Shown: positions 39,060 to 52,254 of the stretch, one piece after another
Layout of the letters: each line of letters starts with the position of its first letter
Position numbering within the stretch: the stretch's first letter is position 1
Assembly (NCBI RefSeq): GCF_006345805.1
Contig: NC_043005.1
Location: forward strand, 33,108,001 to 33,172,000
From: Octopus sinensis
Taxonomy: Eukaryota
Direction: 5' to 3'
Length of the DNA stretch: 64,000 nt
Made by a program: the position numbers and the translations under genes
Notes under the pieces: generated by a model
What the model was told of the DNA's origin: nothing
The model's input: the letters and a program-made list of their open reading frames with translations, nothing else
The model's database searches: none

Positions 39060-40790
39060 CTCCTGTTTCTTTATTATAGCCACAAGTGCTCAAAATACAG
39101 GGGGACAAAGAAGGACAGACAGGACACCACAGAGGGGACAATACATAGAACGAATATGAGTGAAATGGTTATATAATAAGGAAATTATGAACGGCTGCTT
39201 GCGCCCCTCATCACATGCGGTACCATTAATCTTGTTTACAGTCAATTATTACCGGATATTTAAATAACAATTAACTATCATGTAACATACCATTGCAAGT
39301 CACCAATCCGTGTATTATCCGGCGTCCACATCGGATTCTTGACGTATTGTCTTTCCAATAAAACAATCTTATGACTCGCTATCCATTGACAGAGGTCTAT
39401 CTGAAGGACAGTCCTGTATTAGCGGTATCACGTCATCCCAGTCGATTACTGGTTCCACCTTTTCAAACTCGACTTCAAACTGTACCATTTCCATATCGCA
39501 CCTTTATTCCAACTCCTCATAGCAGTTCGGTTCTATTATTATTGCTTTAGTCCCATCCTTGTCGTAATCCTTTTGGTACTCCACATAATACCATCTCTTC
39601 TTCGTCTAGCTTTCACTCCCTCCTTCATTCCTTTTTTTTTCACCTCTCATCAACCTCACATCCGGAGGAAAAACTTTCAAACTTTCCTCTTCTGTTTTTC
39701 TTGTCACCATTTTGTCTCGGTTACTTCCCACTGCCTCTTTTTTTCTTTTTCAACTTCTCCGGTGGAGAACCCCTTCTACCTTTTCTTTTTCACGGTTTCA
39801 CCTCCACGAATTCCTCTTCTGTATCCACTGTTTCACTTCCTTCTCCACATCCCACCACGTTTGCCTCTCTATGCGTCGAACTCTCCTTCCTGTTTTTCCT
39901 TGCTTTGGGGACAGTCCGCTTTTTTGTGTCCTCTTTTGCTACACAAAAAACATTTCAAAGGCCTGCCCTCTACCACCACATTCAGCTTGTATCCTTCGGG
40001 CAGTACTATTTCCTCAATTATGGAATTCAGATCTTCCAGGTTGGCTTGAATTTACATTTCCAGCCCGTATCACCCAGAAGTCTAACTTTTGAGTTCTTGT
40101 TGCCATTAATATTGTCGGACTCTGTTTCATGTGGAACAAGACTGCCGCCATAATCCACGTCTCGTCGTATTCGGGTGGGATTTTACCCACCCTTACTCTG
40201 TCCATTCTTTTCCCGCAGTAACTCGGTAGGAAAGCCCACTCGTCATTCCTAATCGCGTCTACTGCATGCTCTGCTGCTACTTCTTCGGGTGCGAACCTGA
40301 CTTCTACCATTTCGAACTTCTGACTTCTTGTTACAAAAGTCGTCAGGTGTTTAATATTTTTGAGTGTTTTTTCTATACTCGCAGTCGTTGAGGTTTCGAT
40401 TTTTCCTGTGGACAATCTTAAAGTCTTATACAGGACCGTTCTTTTTTGTAAACTTTCCAAAAATTCTTTTGGCGGTGCCAGAGTGCTGTTCCTTGATTCG
40501 TTAACAATTTTCCACATTCTTCAATTCTGCCTGTTTCTACCTTTACTTTCTTCACTGTTAACGAGGCAGTATTGTTACTACCTGTTGCCGTCGCTGCATA
40601 GCTCTGGCTCGAGGTATTCAAATTCTCTATTATACAATTGAATAAAAAAAAAAAACAGAAATATACAGGCACACCCGCTCAGGGAAAGCCTTCAATAATC
40701 AATCAGTAATAATTAATTCACAATTAATTAACTTGTAACTCACAAAAATTAACTCGAACACTCTCTGACGGCTTCTACCGACGGCTCCGA
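39060..40790 (-). mobile_element. ORF1-only gag-like element, copy 1
   Basis: ORF 40014-40517 LAPPKEF...EVRF...RVRVGKIPPE, then frameshifted EGRPLKCFLCSKRGHKKADCP; AATAAA at 39070-39075; no ORF2. Confidence 0.75.
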
Positions 40791-40799
40791 CTCGCTCTA

Positions 40800-42530
40800 C
40801 GCTTTCTCTTTATTATAGGCATATAGCCTTCTTTATAGAATGGATATTACAAAGACAAACGTGGGGTATATAAAATGTTTAACGAATGAATTATAAAATG
40901 TGAAATTATGATAATGAAATGGCTTTCTACCCCCAAAGTAGAAAGCACCATTTTACTGTTTTTATACTTAATGCTTTTGTTCAGTATGTATTATATTTAT
41001 ATTGGATAAGGTATTAAGTCTGTATACATTACCACTGGTGGCAATTCATCATATTGAAACCGCTTTCTTGTAATTTCCGCTCTGCTTCCAAATGTCACTT
41101 TTAGTCTTGCTGCTCTTTCGTTCTCAAGTAGCACTGCTTTCACAATACGGTTCTCTTCATTATCTACTAATTTCACTCTTATTACACCTTTCATTTTTGC
41201 TATACGCTTTTCCATTTCCACACTTTTCTCGTACACCACTAACATTCGTTCATGTTTTCCTTTGCGTGGCTTTCTCGGCTGTATTTCTTCACTCTCTACT
41301 GGTGCTTCCATTTCTATTTGCTGTTCGTTTTCTTGTCTTTTCTGTCCTTCCTCCTCCTTACTCGTTGAAGGTTCCGGCTCTTGAGTTCGATTCTCCGTTG
41401 CTTCCTCATTTCTTCTTTTCTCTTTTTTCTTTGCCTCCGCCTTACTTTTTTTTTCGGGGGCGATTCGCTATTTCCTTTCTTCTCCACCAATGTGAACTCT
41501 ATTTCCTTCTCCGATACTATATTCACTTCTATCTGATGCCCCTCCTCTACCACCTCTTGTTCGTGTTTCTGAGGACACTTTGCCTTCATGTGCCATCCCT
41601 ACTCCACATTGGAAGCATTATTGGTGGTCTACCCTCCACCATGACTCTCAGTCTGGTCTCATCGGGCAGGACTATCTCTTCTATCATTTTGTGGAGGTCA
41701 GGCAGGCTGATAAGTACCATCACTTCTATGCCATACCTCCACCAGTTCCTCCTCCTCCTCACTTCTAGACCACACCCCCACCAGTTGACCTCCGCTGTCT
41801 TTGACATCTTCAACATCTCCGCCTTCTCCTCTGTATTGTAGAGGATGGCCGCCACAAGCCAGTCTTCGTCAATTTCGGGTGGCACATACCCTACCCTCAC
41901 AGCAAGTGGGCAAGAGTACCCACTGTGCCGGCCTCAAGGCTACGGTGGAGCACCTCCCCACTTCGTTCTCATTAACGAAGCGCACCTCCATCGCGCCAAA
42001 CCCTCGTCCTCTGCTATGGAAAGTCGCCACTTCCTCAACTTCTCTCAAACACCCCTCCGCCTCCTCAATGCCTGCCACCTCAACCTTTCCCGTGTCTATG
42101 TTCAGCGCTCGACAAGTGATCACTTTCCTTTCGGACCTCTCTGCTATTTCTTTGGGTGGTGCTAGACTCAAACACCCTCCTTCTCTCCTCAACAGGTCAT
42201 CAAAACTTTCTGCAATCAACATCCCTCACTTCCAGCTCCTGCACTCGCAGTAGCTCCGCTGTCAGGCCCCTGCCCGTCACCGCAGTACAACTGCCCGTCT
42301 GGGTCGCGCGTTCACAATTCCGCCATTCACAGTTTCATCCATAAATGGGGAAGCCAAACAAAATTTTCAACGCATTCAAAAAATTACAAATTCAACAATC
42401 ACAATTCAGTTACACAAAGCAACAACTCACATATGAGTGAAATCAAGACATAAAAAATCGGTCCTCTACGTTATGCTTCCCGTCTACCTATCACGTCCAC
42501 TATTTATACGTATTAGATTAGCCTACTTAT
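40800..42530 (-). mobile_element. ORF1-only gag-like element, copy 2
   Basis: LAPPKEI...EVRF, RVGYVPPE, EGRPP plus frameshifted CFQCG...HMKAKCP, basic linker and C-terminal ORF 40997-41311; AATAAA at 40809-40814. Confidence 0.75.
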
Positions 42531-42539
42531 CGTCCACAC

Positions 42540-43630
42540 AACACAAAGAAATAAGAATCCACAATAGCCATAGCCACTCATAAAATAAAAGGAATACTGG
42601 TGAAATGTACCAGTGAAGACCTCAATAAAATGTAAGCAAAACAGGCCTGATATAATGATTTGGGATAGAGAAGAGAAACTGTGCACAGTTGTGGAAATTA
42701 GCTGTCCAGCAGATGTTAATACAAAGATGAAGATCAGTGAAAAAGAGAATACTTACACTGAACTATTGAGAAATCCGCAGTTACTCTATCCAGATTACAA
42801 GTTCAGGTTTATAGCTGTAATTATTGGGGGCCTGGGATATGTAGAACACACTGCCTAAATACTAATCTTGAGAAATTAGGCTTCTCAAAACCAGAAAGAT
42901 GAAAACTAATTCAAAGACTACAGATCCAATCCATTACTAGAACTGTAAAAATCAGTAAAATTTTCCTGGAGTTTACCATTTAAATATGTATGAGCATGTC
43001 TAGATATGCAACTATATGCATGAGAATACATAAATAACATAAAACATACAAATCAGCACATACATACATTCATACATACATACATACATACATACATACA
43101 TACATACATACATACATACACACACACATACATACATACATACATACATACATACATACATACATACATACATACATTAAAAAAAAGGAGCACTCCGTCG
43201 GTTACGACGACGAGGGTCCCAGCTGATACGATCAACGGAACAGCTTGCTCGTGGAATTAACGTGCAAGTGACTGAGCAATCCACAGACACGTGTACCCCT
43301 AACGTAGTTCTCAGGGAGATTCATCGTGACACAGAGTGTGACAAGGCCGGCCCTTTGAAATACAGGTACAACTCATTTTTGCCAGTTGAGTGGATTGGAG
43401 CAACGTGAAATAAAGTGTCTTGCTCAAGGACACAACGCATCGCCGGGAATCGAACTTACGACCTTACAATCGTCGGTCGAATGCCACTAAGCCACGCACC
43501 TTCACATACATACATACATACAATAATACCCTGTTGTTGATGTTGAAATTCCAATGAAGGAGCCTTGGATCTAGGTTAGAAACCGGTTCTTTCTCTATTG
43601 ACAAGAAATCTTGAAATAATCTGAATAATG
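42540..43630 (+). mobile_element. R4-like subfamily A 3' end interrupted by a SINE
   Basis: NRPDIMIWDREEKLCTVVEISCPAD; the 3' UTR is split at its internal CATA tract and resumes at about 43520, matching about 25130-25245. Confidence 0.85.
43187..43503 (-). mobile_element. SINE family C (tRNA-derived)
   Basis: Head gaaggtgcgtggcttagtgg (A box), gttcgattccc (B box), core tgtgtccttgagcaagacact. Confidence 0.85.
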
Positions 43631-43796
43631 ATATGCATACATACATACATACATGCATACATACATACATACATACATGCATGCATGCATACATACATAC
43701 ATACATACATACATGCATGCATGCATACATACATACATACATACATACATACATGCATGCATACATACATGCATGCATGCATGCATGCATACATAA

Positions 43797-43830
<34 letters not shown>

Positions 43831-43880
43831 CATGCATACATACATACATACATACATGCATGCATGCATGCATACATACA

Positions 43881-43914
<34 letters not shown>

Positions 43915-44380
43915 CATGCATACATACATACATACATACATACATCATACATGCATGCATACATACATAACATACATACATACATACAATACATACATAC
44001 ATACATGCATACATACATACATACATACATACATACATACATGCATACATGCATACATACATACATACATAATACATACATACATACATGCATGCATACA
44101 TACATACATAATACATACATACATACATACATACATGCATACTACATACCATACATACATACATACATACATACATACATACATACATACATACATGCAT
44201 GCATACATACATACATACATGCTACATACATACATACATACATACATACATACATGCATACATACATACATACATACATACATACATACATACATACATA
44301 CATACATACATACATACATGCATACATACATACATACATACATACATACATACATACATACATACATACATACATACATT
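43630..44380. repeat. About 750-bp (CATA)n tract with CATG variants
   Basis: Directly visible; source of the MYVC/HTYI ORFs. Confidence 0.95.
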
Positions 44381-44589
44381 CTGAAGCACCTTATCCAGGG
44401 AGAGATTTGTCTTAATCTCGTTGTGCTATGAAACTAGATTTAAGCACCACCTATCCTTACGGTGCAGGAAATGTATATTTAAACGTATGTGTGCGTGTGT
44501 ATTCAGCAGCTTCCGTGCTTGCTCCTTACAAATAAAATACAATATTACGAAAAAACTCTAACAATAATCTATACCCTAAACCGCGTAGC

Positions 44590-44622
<33 letters not shown>

Positions 44623-45129
44623 ACACACACACACCTTATACGCTATATACGCCGTCGTTATGCTATCTCTGGTGTGTAATCAAAGTAGTTTAACTATAAA
44701 CAAACCGAGCGACACGCTCTTATTTAATAGGAAATCCTCTGTTTGTATACAATAACGTTATAGTTGAAGTAGCTGTTTATGTACGGTTGTGTATAAATTT
44801 CTACGAGCATCTTGAATATGTGTATACTCATATATAGGTGTTAGCGTGTACAACTGGGTAAATATGAATTCACACACACACACGCACGCACACACACACA
44901 CACACCACACACACAAACACATAATTACATACGATATATATGTGTGTGTGCGCCATTCTGAGTAAATGTGTGTGTATGTGTTTGTGTATATATATATACA
45001 TACATACACATACATATTTACATATTTATATACACATACATATGCATACATATACACATCACGTATAATTTAAATAACCATACATATAAAACACATATAC
45101 ATATATACATATGTGTGTATGTATGTTTC

Positions 45130-45174
<45 letters not shown>

Positions 45175-45335
45175 ACAAACATACACACTCACACAGACAC
45201 ACACACATATATATATGCAGGCAGATAGGCCTACGTTCATACATTCATACACGCGTAAAATTCCACATATGCGTAAACAAATATACCTCACCCCTCTTCT
45301 TTGTAAAATGTGTGTGTGTGTGTGTGTGCGCGCGC

Positions 45336-45382
<47 letters not shown>

Positions 45383-45590
45383 CAGTGCAGCGTCTGCGTG
45401 CGCGAATTAGAATAATCCTACTTCACAACACATGTTAGTTACAACCGCATCAGCCTAACCTAAACAGTTTTGAATGAATTATTTCGGTGTAAAACATTTC
45501 AGTACTGCTTAGAACATCCAACCTTCGTGGACGAAGCCATCTCAGATCACACCTCTATTTCATTATCCGTACCCCTACGTTCTATATATA

Positions 45591-46232
45591 CAAGGTATTC
45601 GCACTAAATTTTACAATTTTTATATCTCCTTTTTTTTTGTGTGTAACAGCTTGGTATATTGGTGAACTTCAACGGCGTTGGAGAGCATAGAGATTAAAGT
45701 TGTAGTCCTCACATGGAGGACTGGAAGCCACTGAAATATTGAAAAGAGTTGCCCCTTGATGATTCACGCCGGGTATCAAAATGATATCATGGCTGATGGT
45801 CAATGCTCTGTGAAGGATGTAAAACGCGACATTTCCCAAGTATTATGCAAACCAAGTACCCTCAAACTTGGATGTATCTCTATTGAGGGTGACGTCATAC
45901 CGCCCCACGTCTTTGAACAGAGCCTTTGACTCAATTCAGATCGCTATGTGAAGCTGCTGGAGAATGTGGTCAATCCCTGGGTAGAGAGGTTGTTGCTAGA
46001 ATCCTATACATGTGGCAGCAACACCAAGGCTGAACTAGTGGTCAAGATTAAGGGGTACTCGAAGATCTTCCGAGGGACTCAGTGAGGAACGTATGCGCCT
46101 AGTATCGGAGCTGTTTTAAGGCCATGGTGGAAGTGAGGACGGTTACTTCGAGTAAACTTATCGCCTAGTCATAATTTAGTTGATATATTTTTTAATCTTT
46201 TAAAAACACTTTTAATTTTGGATGGCACATTG
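45591..46232 (+). mobile_element. Internally deleted maT/DD37D-like Tc1-mariner transposon
   Basis: EGDVIPPHVFEQ...LNSDRYVKLLENVVNPWVER, NTKAELVVKIK...EDLPRDSVRN...GYFE*; the catalytic middle section is missing. Confidence 0.75.
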
Positions 46233-46989
46233 TTTTCTCTTCCCTTTATGCAAACAGTCAAATTTAACCCGAACACTGTTTTACACCAATCTTTCATATA
46301 CACCTATTTCTTACACATTACATATATATGTACAAATATAAGTAATTATTGGGCATGTACCTAATAGTCAGCCGGTGCAGCACGTTCATTATTTATGGCT
46401 ACCTGACGTCATTTACACAATCGTATCTACAAGATTGTCGGTGGATCTGACTCGGGAATTCCTCAGTGTTCGTTGAGCATATAATAAATGACAAAATCGA
46501 AAATGGGATATACAAGAAACGAAGCGATCGTTGTGAGGAATAAAGTTTCTCGTATATCCCATTTTCCTTCTCTATCATTTGTTATATATTTATACACAGA
46601 CATATGTGTGTATGTGTGTTTGTGTGTGTGAGTGTGTGTGTGTATGTGTGTGCGTACAAACGTGTTTACTGGTGAGCACATTTGTCCGTTTGTATGTATT
46701 CCTGATGTATATGAGATTTTGCGTATGTGTTCAGCCTAGAACCTCAAGTGGAGAATCCCTGGAATGTTTTGTATATTCTCACTTTTCTTCTAACCAATTG
46801 TATCTGGTGAATACGAATCCATTTTGTTCTTTTTTACAGAACCCCAGTATTTCCGGTTTTCTATGCTGATCAATTATTTTGTGGCCCACTGCACCTATAA
46901 CACTGCGTAACACAATTTTTATCCTTGGATAACATCTGTTGTTTCCTATTTGATTATCCCTAGAATATATGAAAAAGGATTAATATTTC

Positions 46990-47150
46990 CTTCAGACTCC
47001 AAAGAATCCCACATAACACATGGCTATGATGTTCTCCCACTACTCTTGTTCATGATCAGAGAAGCACATATTATCAGCCACTAAGGGAGATACTCAAGTG
47101 GTTACGGTCAAGTAAATGACAAGCAAATCTTTGGTATTGAGCAGAATATT
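46990..47150 (-). mobile_element. Fragment of repeat F
   Basis: Reverse complement cccttagtggctgataatatgtgc...catcatagccatgtgtt matches about 58140-58290. Confidence 0.75.
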
Positions 47151-47582
47151 TGCAATAACGATATTTCTGCTCCAGCAACTCAGCGTTAAATTTGTCTAAT
47201 ATGCAATGCAAAATAGATCAGTTTCAAAACATTGATGTCCTGATCATAAAGGCAAAGTTTTGGATTTATGGAGAGTCAAAGTTAGGAACAAAAATAGGAC
47301 AGTGGAGACATACAGGGAAATCGGATATGGAGGGTCGTTAACCAAAATTTTATTTTGGTATTTATCGAAGCAACTGTCTTCGGAGACTCATATTGTCGTT
47401 GATTGCTCGAAATGGGGATTAGATAGACAGCTGACAACTGATGAAGGGTCATTCTTTGTATTACTTGTCCTTTTTTTCTCTCGTTATTTGCGTATTTAAT
47501 TCATTTGTTTTCGTATTTCATGTTGTTTACTGTTAGTGACGTCCTGTACTCATATATGTATACACACACACACACACACACA

Positions 47583-47618
<36 letters not shown>

Positions 47619-47659
47619 TGTATATATGTATGTATGTATGTATGTATATATGTATGTAT

Positions 47660-47855
47660 GTGACTGTGTCTTTGTGTCTGTGTTTGTCCCCCGATGTTGA
47701 TGTGCTCACGTTCCCGTAACTTAGAGGTTCGGCAAAAGAGATCACCAGAATAAGTACAAGGTTTACAAAGAAGTCCTAGGGGTCGATTTCTTCGACTAAA
47801 ACCCCTCAATGTGGTGCTATAGCATGGTCTAATGACTGAAGAAAGTAAAAGAATC
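47660..47855 (+). mobile_element. SINE family A, 3' half
   Basis: gtgtttgtccccc...gttcggcaaaagag...ggggtcgattt...gactgaa...gtaaaaga. Confidence 0.8.
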
Positions 47856-47877
47856 TGCGTGTGTGTGTGCGTGTGTG

Positions 47878-47908
<31 letters not shown>

Positions 47909-48438
47909 CATGGATATATTCACAAATACGTATATACATACGCACACGCATGCTTGCTTAAAGGCACAGAATCGGACGTACAGCGTCAGAATGTTAAGTT
48001 TTGTAACAGATGTCTCCCGAAAAAGAAAATGGCTGCCGTTGTACTTGTTAAACCAACACCGAATGTCTTTGTTACAATTGCCATGTTGTATTCTTATCTT
48101 CACCATGTTTGTTTACTCAATGGACAAGAGAGACTGTAGCTGCTTTACTAATTCCTTTATGTGTGTGCAGTAGCTTGATTAAAGACTGAAGTGATGATGT
48201 CTTTTAAGTAATCATCTTGTGACTTATCTTGGCAGAATATTTGACAAAACAAGTTACAATGGTAAAGTCGCTCACAAAAAACTGGTTGTTCTTTCGAAAT
48301 CTCCATAAAATTCTTGAAGTGACATCATATTCACAAAATCAAGAGTTGACTCCTCATATTCCGTAACCTTATTCTTACGAATCTAAATCAAATAAAAGCT
48401 TTACTTAATTGGAATCATGTGATATGTATATCTGTTGT

Positions 48439-48538
48439 NNNNNNNNNNNNNNNNNNNNNNNNNNNNNNNNNNNNNNNNNNNNNNNNNNNNNNNNNNNNNN
48501 NNNNNNNNNNNNNNNNNNNNNNNNNNNNNNNNNNNNNN
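48439..48538. other. Assembly gap (100 N)
   Basis: Run of N. Confidence 1.
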
Positions 48539-49229
48539 AGAATTTCTTGTTGGTATGACACGAATATTAGTCATTTTCATTTAAACGATATATTTATAAA
48601 ACAATTAGACAGTGATATCTTAGATAAGAATTTCTAGGAGTCAAACAGGGCCAGATATTTTGAACAAATTCAGTCTAAATATTGACCTCGTTAGGATGAA
48701 AGACAAGTTAAGCCTGCTAGATTTGAACATAAAGAGACTGAACTCCGCTTGACATTTTCTTCACTTTTCTACCGATTGTATTCAAAAGTACTGTTTCTAT
48801 ATTTCAGATTATAAACGAAATGAAGTTGAAATTCTAGATATATATACAATGGTTAGTTGATACAGTAGACCAATCTGTGACTGATAATATCGACGTGAAC
48901 AGAACGTAAACCATGAAGTTTTGATAATGCTGAGTTAAGATAAACACTAATACAAACATTAGATCGAGCTGGGTTAGGGTAGGCTGAAATTTACGCTCGG
49001 GAACAAAAAACGTTTTAAAAACAAATTTTGCCAGTCCGATTCATTTTGGGTTTTGCGCATGCGCTAAAGATGCAGGTCATTCGCACGTTCAAAGAAATTT
49101 GGCCACAACGATAGCTTTTAATCTGTAGCTTTCCTGTTTTTATTTTTGTAAGGAATTTTTTGTAAGGAAATTTCTCAAATTAGTCTCAATGAATGAACTC
49201 CAACTATGACCAGCCTTAACATTAAAAAT

Positions 49230-49400
49230 AACTCTAGTCCTGAACTCCGACCCTAAACCGTAATTCCCAGTCCTAAACCGTAACCGTAAATCTAAACCCT
49301 AAACCCTGATGCTCATCTCAAAAACTAAGCACTAAACCTGGCCTTAATCCCAGTCCTAGCCTTAAACCCTAAAACCATAAATGTTAACCATAACCAATAA
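49230..49400. repeat. Degenerate (CCCTAA)n telomere-like tract
   Basis: ccctaaacc, cctaaaccg, aaaccctaaaccc, aaccataacc units. Confidence 0.55.
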
Positions 49401-49458
49401 TATCTATGACATCATATGAAATTTTATAGAATATTGTTCTTTAATATTAGCTATGAGG

Positions 49459-49680
49459 AAGGCGGTGAACAGGCAAAATCGTTAGCACGATGGGCAGAAT
49501 ACCTAGCGGCATTTTGTCCGACTTTATGTTCTGAGTTCAAATTCAACCGGTGTCGGTTTTGCCTTTCATGCCTTTCAGAGGCAATAAAAGAAGTACCAGT
49601 TAAACACTGGGGTCGATATAATCGACTTACCCCTCCCCTAAAATTGCTGACCTTGTATCGGAATGTCAAACCAATATTAG
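49459..49680 (+). mobile_element. SINE family B
   Basis: aaggcgg...atcgttagcacg...ttctgagttcaaattc...gtaccagtt...ctggggtcgat. Confidence 0.8.
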
Positions 49681-51006
49681 CATATGAGGGCCCTCAAGTA
49701 TTTCTTTTGAAAATTTTCTATTTTGGACCGTAAAGTCCGAAATTATCCTGGATTGTTTTCAGATCCTACTTCGCCACTTTCCGTTTATACGTTCAAATAC
49801 TACTGAGGTCTGTTTTCTTGTTAATCACTCTCGTCTAATTAAATAATAAAATAATTGCCGCTAGTCTGGCTTTGTGTTGATATTAGAGATGAAAAATCTC
49901 ACTGGATATACAGACAATATATTGCTTCTGGGAGAGATTTTATTCAGTAATAAAAGCTGCCAAAAGTCGCCAGTTCTTTCACACGAAAACGTCAATCAAA
50001 CCAAAGAAATTTTAGTTTTCTTCGCTGGAATAAAATTCATCCCTTCATTTGGGACTACACCTTGAAACCTTTCAATGAAATAGTCGCCATCTTAACGACT
50101 AGATATGCTGTCACTGTTGGAAGTGATTCAGGACGTCTCTGAGCAGAAATCGAAACCGTATTACAGAATCAACTGGCCTTGAATTAATAGATGATTAAAC
50201 AAAGTTCATTAATATTTAATTAATCTGAAATCAATGTGTCAAACTTACAGGCGGAGAGGAACACAAGTATAAATGAAATGAAAATAACTATGACCGGGAA
50301 TTGAAACCGGGTTTTAGTCTCGACTGATATAAATCCTACCTCAATCATGATAGGGTACATCACCTGCTTTAACATCACTACCTGGTATTTGTAGTATATT
50401 TTAGCGATGTCTATTTTGTCATAACATTCGTGTCTGGTCTGAAGATGGTTTCGCATTAGGTACCAGTAAAATACTAGGTATGGTTTTATATCAACTGTCT
50501 ATACAAAATTGGCGCTTGGCCCAGACAAAAAAATCTTTATTACTCTCACTTCAGTTAAAGGTTGTTACTTTATTTTGTTTTTCTTTACTTTTTTGCTTTA
50601 TTTATGTTGTTTTTCTTTTCTTTTTTTCTATTTTCCATCTCATCAACATACTTGCTAACGTTTATGTAAAACATTCTCGTACATTCTTCTCTTGCATGCG
50701 ATGGGGATTGTTTGTTTTGTTTTGTTGTTTTATCATTAATATTTTTATTTTTGTTGTTATTTTTATTATTATTGTTTATTGCTGCTACCATTGTTGTTGT
50801 GATTCCTTTTCTTTTTAATTATTTTCTCTTCTATTTCTTCTCTTTGCTTCTCTTGCTATTTTGCTGATGTGATTGTTGTTGTTCTTTTCTGGTCTTTTTT
50901 ATCAATTTTATTGCTCATTTTTTTTATGTTTTTTAGTTTTTTTGGTTTTTTTTTCTCTCAGTCGAACATTATGTCAATGTGTTTGTATGTTCATGTGTTG
51001 TATGTA

Positions 51007-51051
<45 letters not shown>

Positions 51052-51102
51052 GTGAGGGAGAAAGATACGTACATACACACATACATGTAATTCGTTGTGT
51101 TA

Positions 51103-51147
<45 letters not shown>

Positions 51148-51148
51148 T

Positions 51149-51181
<33 letters not shown>

Positions 51182-51213
51182 GTATATATATGTATAATAT
51201 AATATATAATGTT

Positions 51214-51264
<51 letters not shown>

Positions 51265-51572
51265 TGTATATATATATATATGTATGTATGTATATATATA
51301 TATGTATGTTATATATATTATATATAATTATATATATATATGTATGTATGTTATATATATATATGTAGTATATATATATGTATATATAAATAGTATATAT
51401 ATCTGTTATGTATATATAGATGTATCTATATATATATAATGTATATGTATGTATATATATATATAATATATATATATGTATTATATTATATATATATATA
51501 TATCTCCTATTTATATTATATATAATAAATATATGTATGTATGTTATTTATTTATTTAATTTATATGATAAT

Positions 51573-51603
<31 letters not shown>

Positions 51604-51635
51604 TGTATATATATATATATATATATATAACTATC

Positions 51636-51706
51636 GGTCTCATGGTGTAAGGTTAGCACTCTGGACTTTGAACCCAGCTATCCGAGTTCATATTTCGGTG
51701 AGACCT
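51636..51706 (+). tRNA. trnQ: tRNA-Gln(TTG)-derived sequence, probably a pseudogene
   Basis: Perfect acceptor stem GGTCTCA/TGAGACC and anticodon loop CT-TTG-AA. Defects: A58>T, C61>T, an anticodon-stem mismatch and a missing D-loop base. TTTTT follows at 51710-51714. Confidence 0.85.
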
Positions 51707-51966
51707 TACTTTTTAAAAGGCGGTGCTCCAGCATGGCCGCAGTCATATGTCTGAAACAAACAAAAGAATATATATGTATGTATGTATGTACGCATATTTG
51801 TTTGTATATGTACATCTATCTACCTATTTATCTATCAATATTTGTGTATGTATGTGTGAATGTGCGTGCGCGCACGTATCTAGCAAGAGTATATATATAT
51901 TTGTCTTTCTCCAATTTACATGTGATTCTTCATGTATCTATCTGCTTCTCCCTCTTCCCCTCCCTC

Positions 51967-52001
<35 letters not shown>

Positions 52002-52210
52002 CCCTATCTATCTCCTTCACTCACAAATTCTTCCTCTTTTATCTTCCACTTTTTCGTCAACTTTGTCATTAATCTTTCATCCCCTGCTCCATACGCTCCC
52101 TCACACACACACACACATACTCATGCACACGCGCACACATTTCTTCTCTCACTGTCTTTGTCTCTCTACTAAATTTTACAACAGGATGATTATATCACAG
52201 AATCTCTTTC

Positions 52211-52254
<44 letters not shown>

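Noticed and set aside
47832-48173. ORFs around aaaatggctgcc on both strands
   Set aside because: They start in microsatellites, have no recognisable domain and have no convincing exon boundaries.
51636-51706. Functional tRNA-Gln gene
   Set aside because: The invariant A58 and C61 are altered and the anticodon stem has a mismatch, so it is kept only as a probable pseudogene or chimera.
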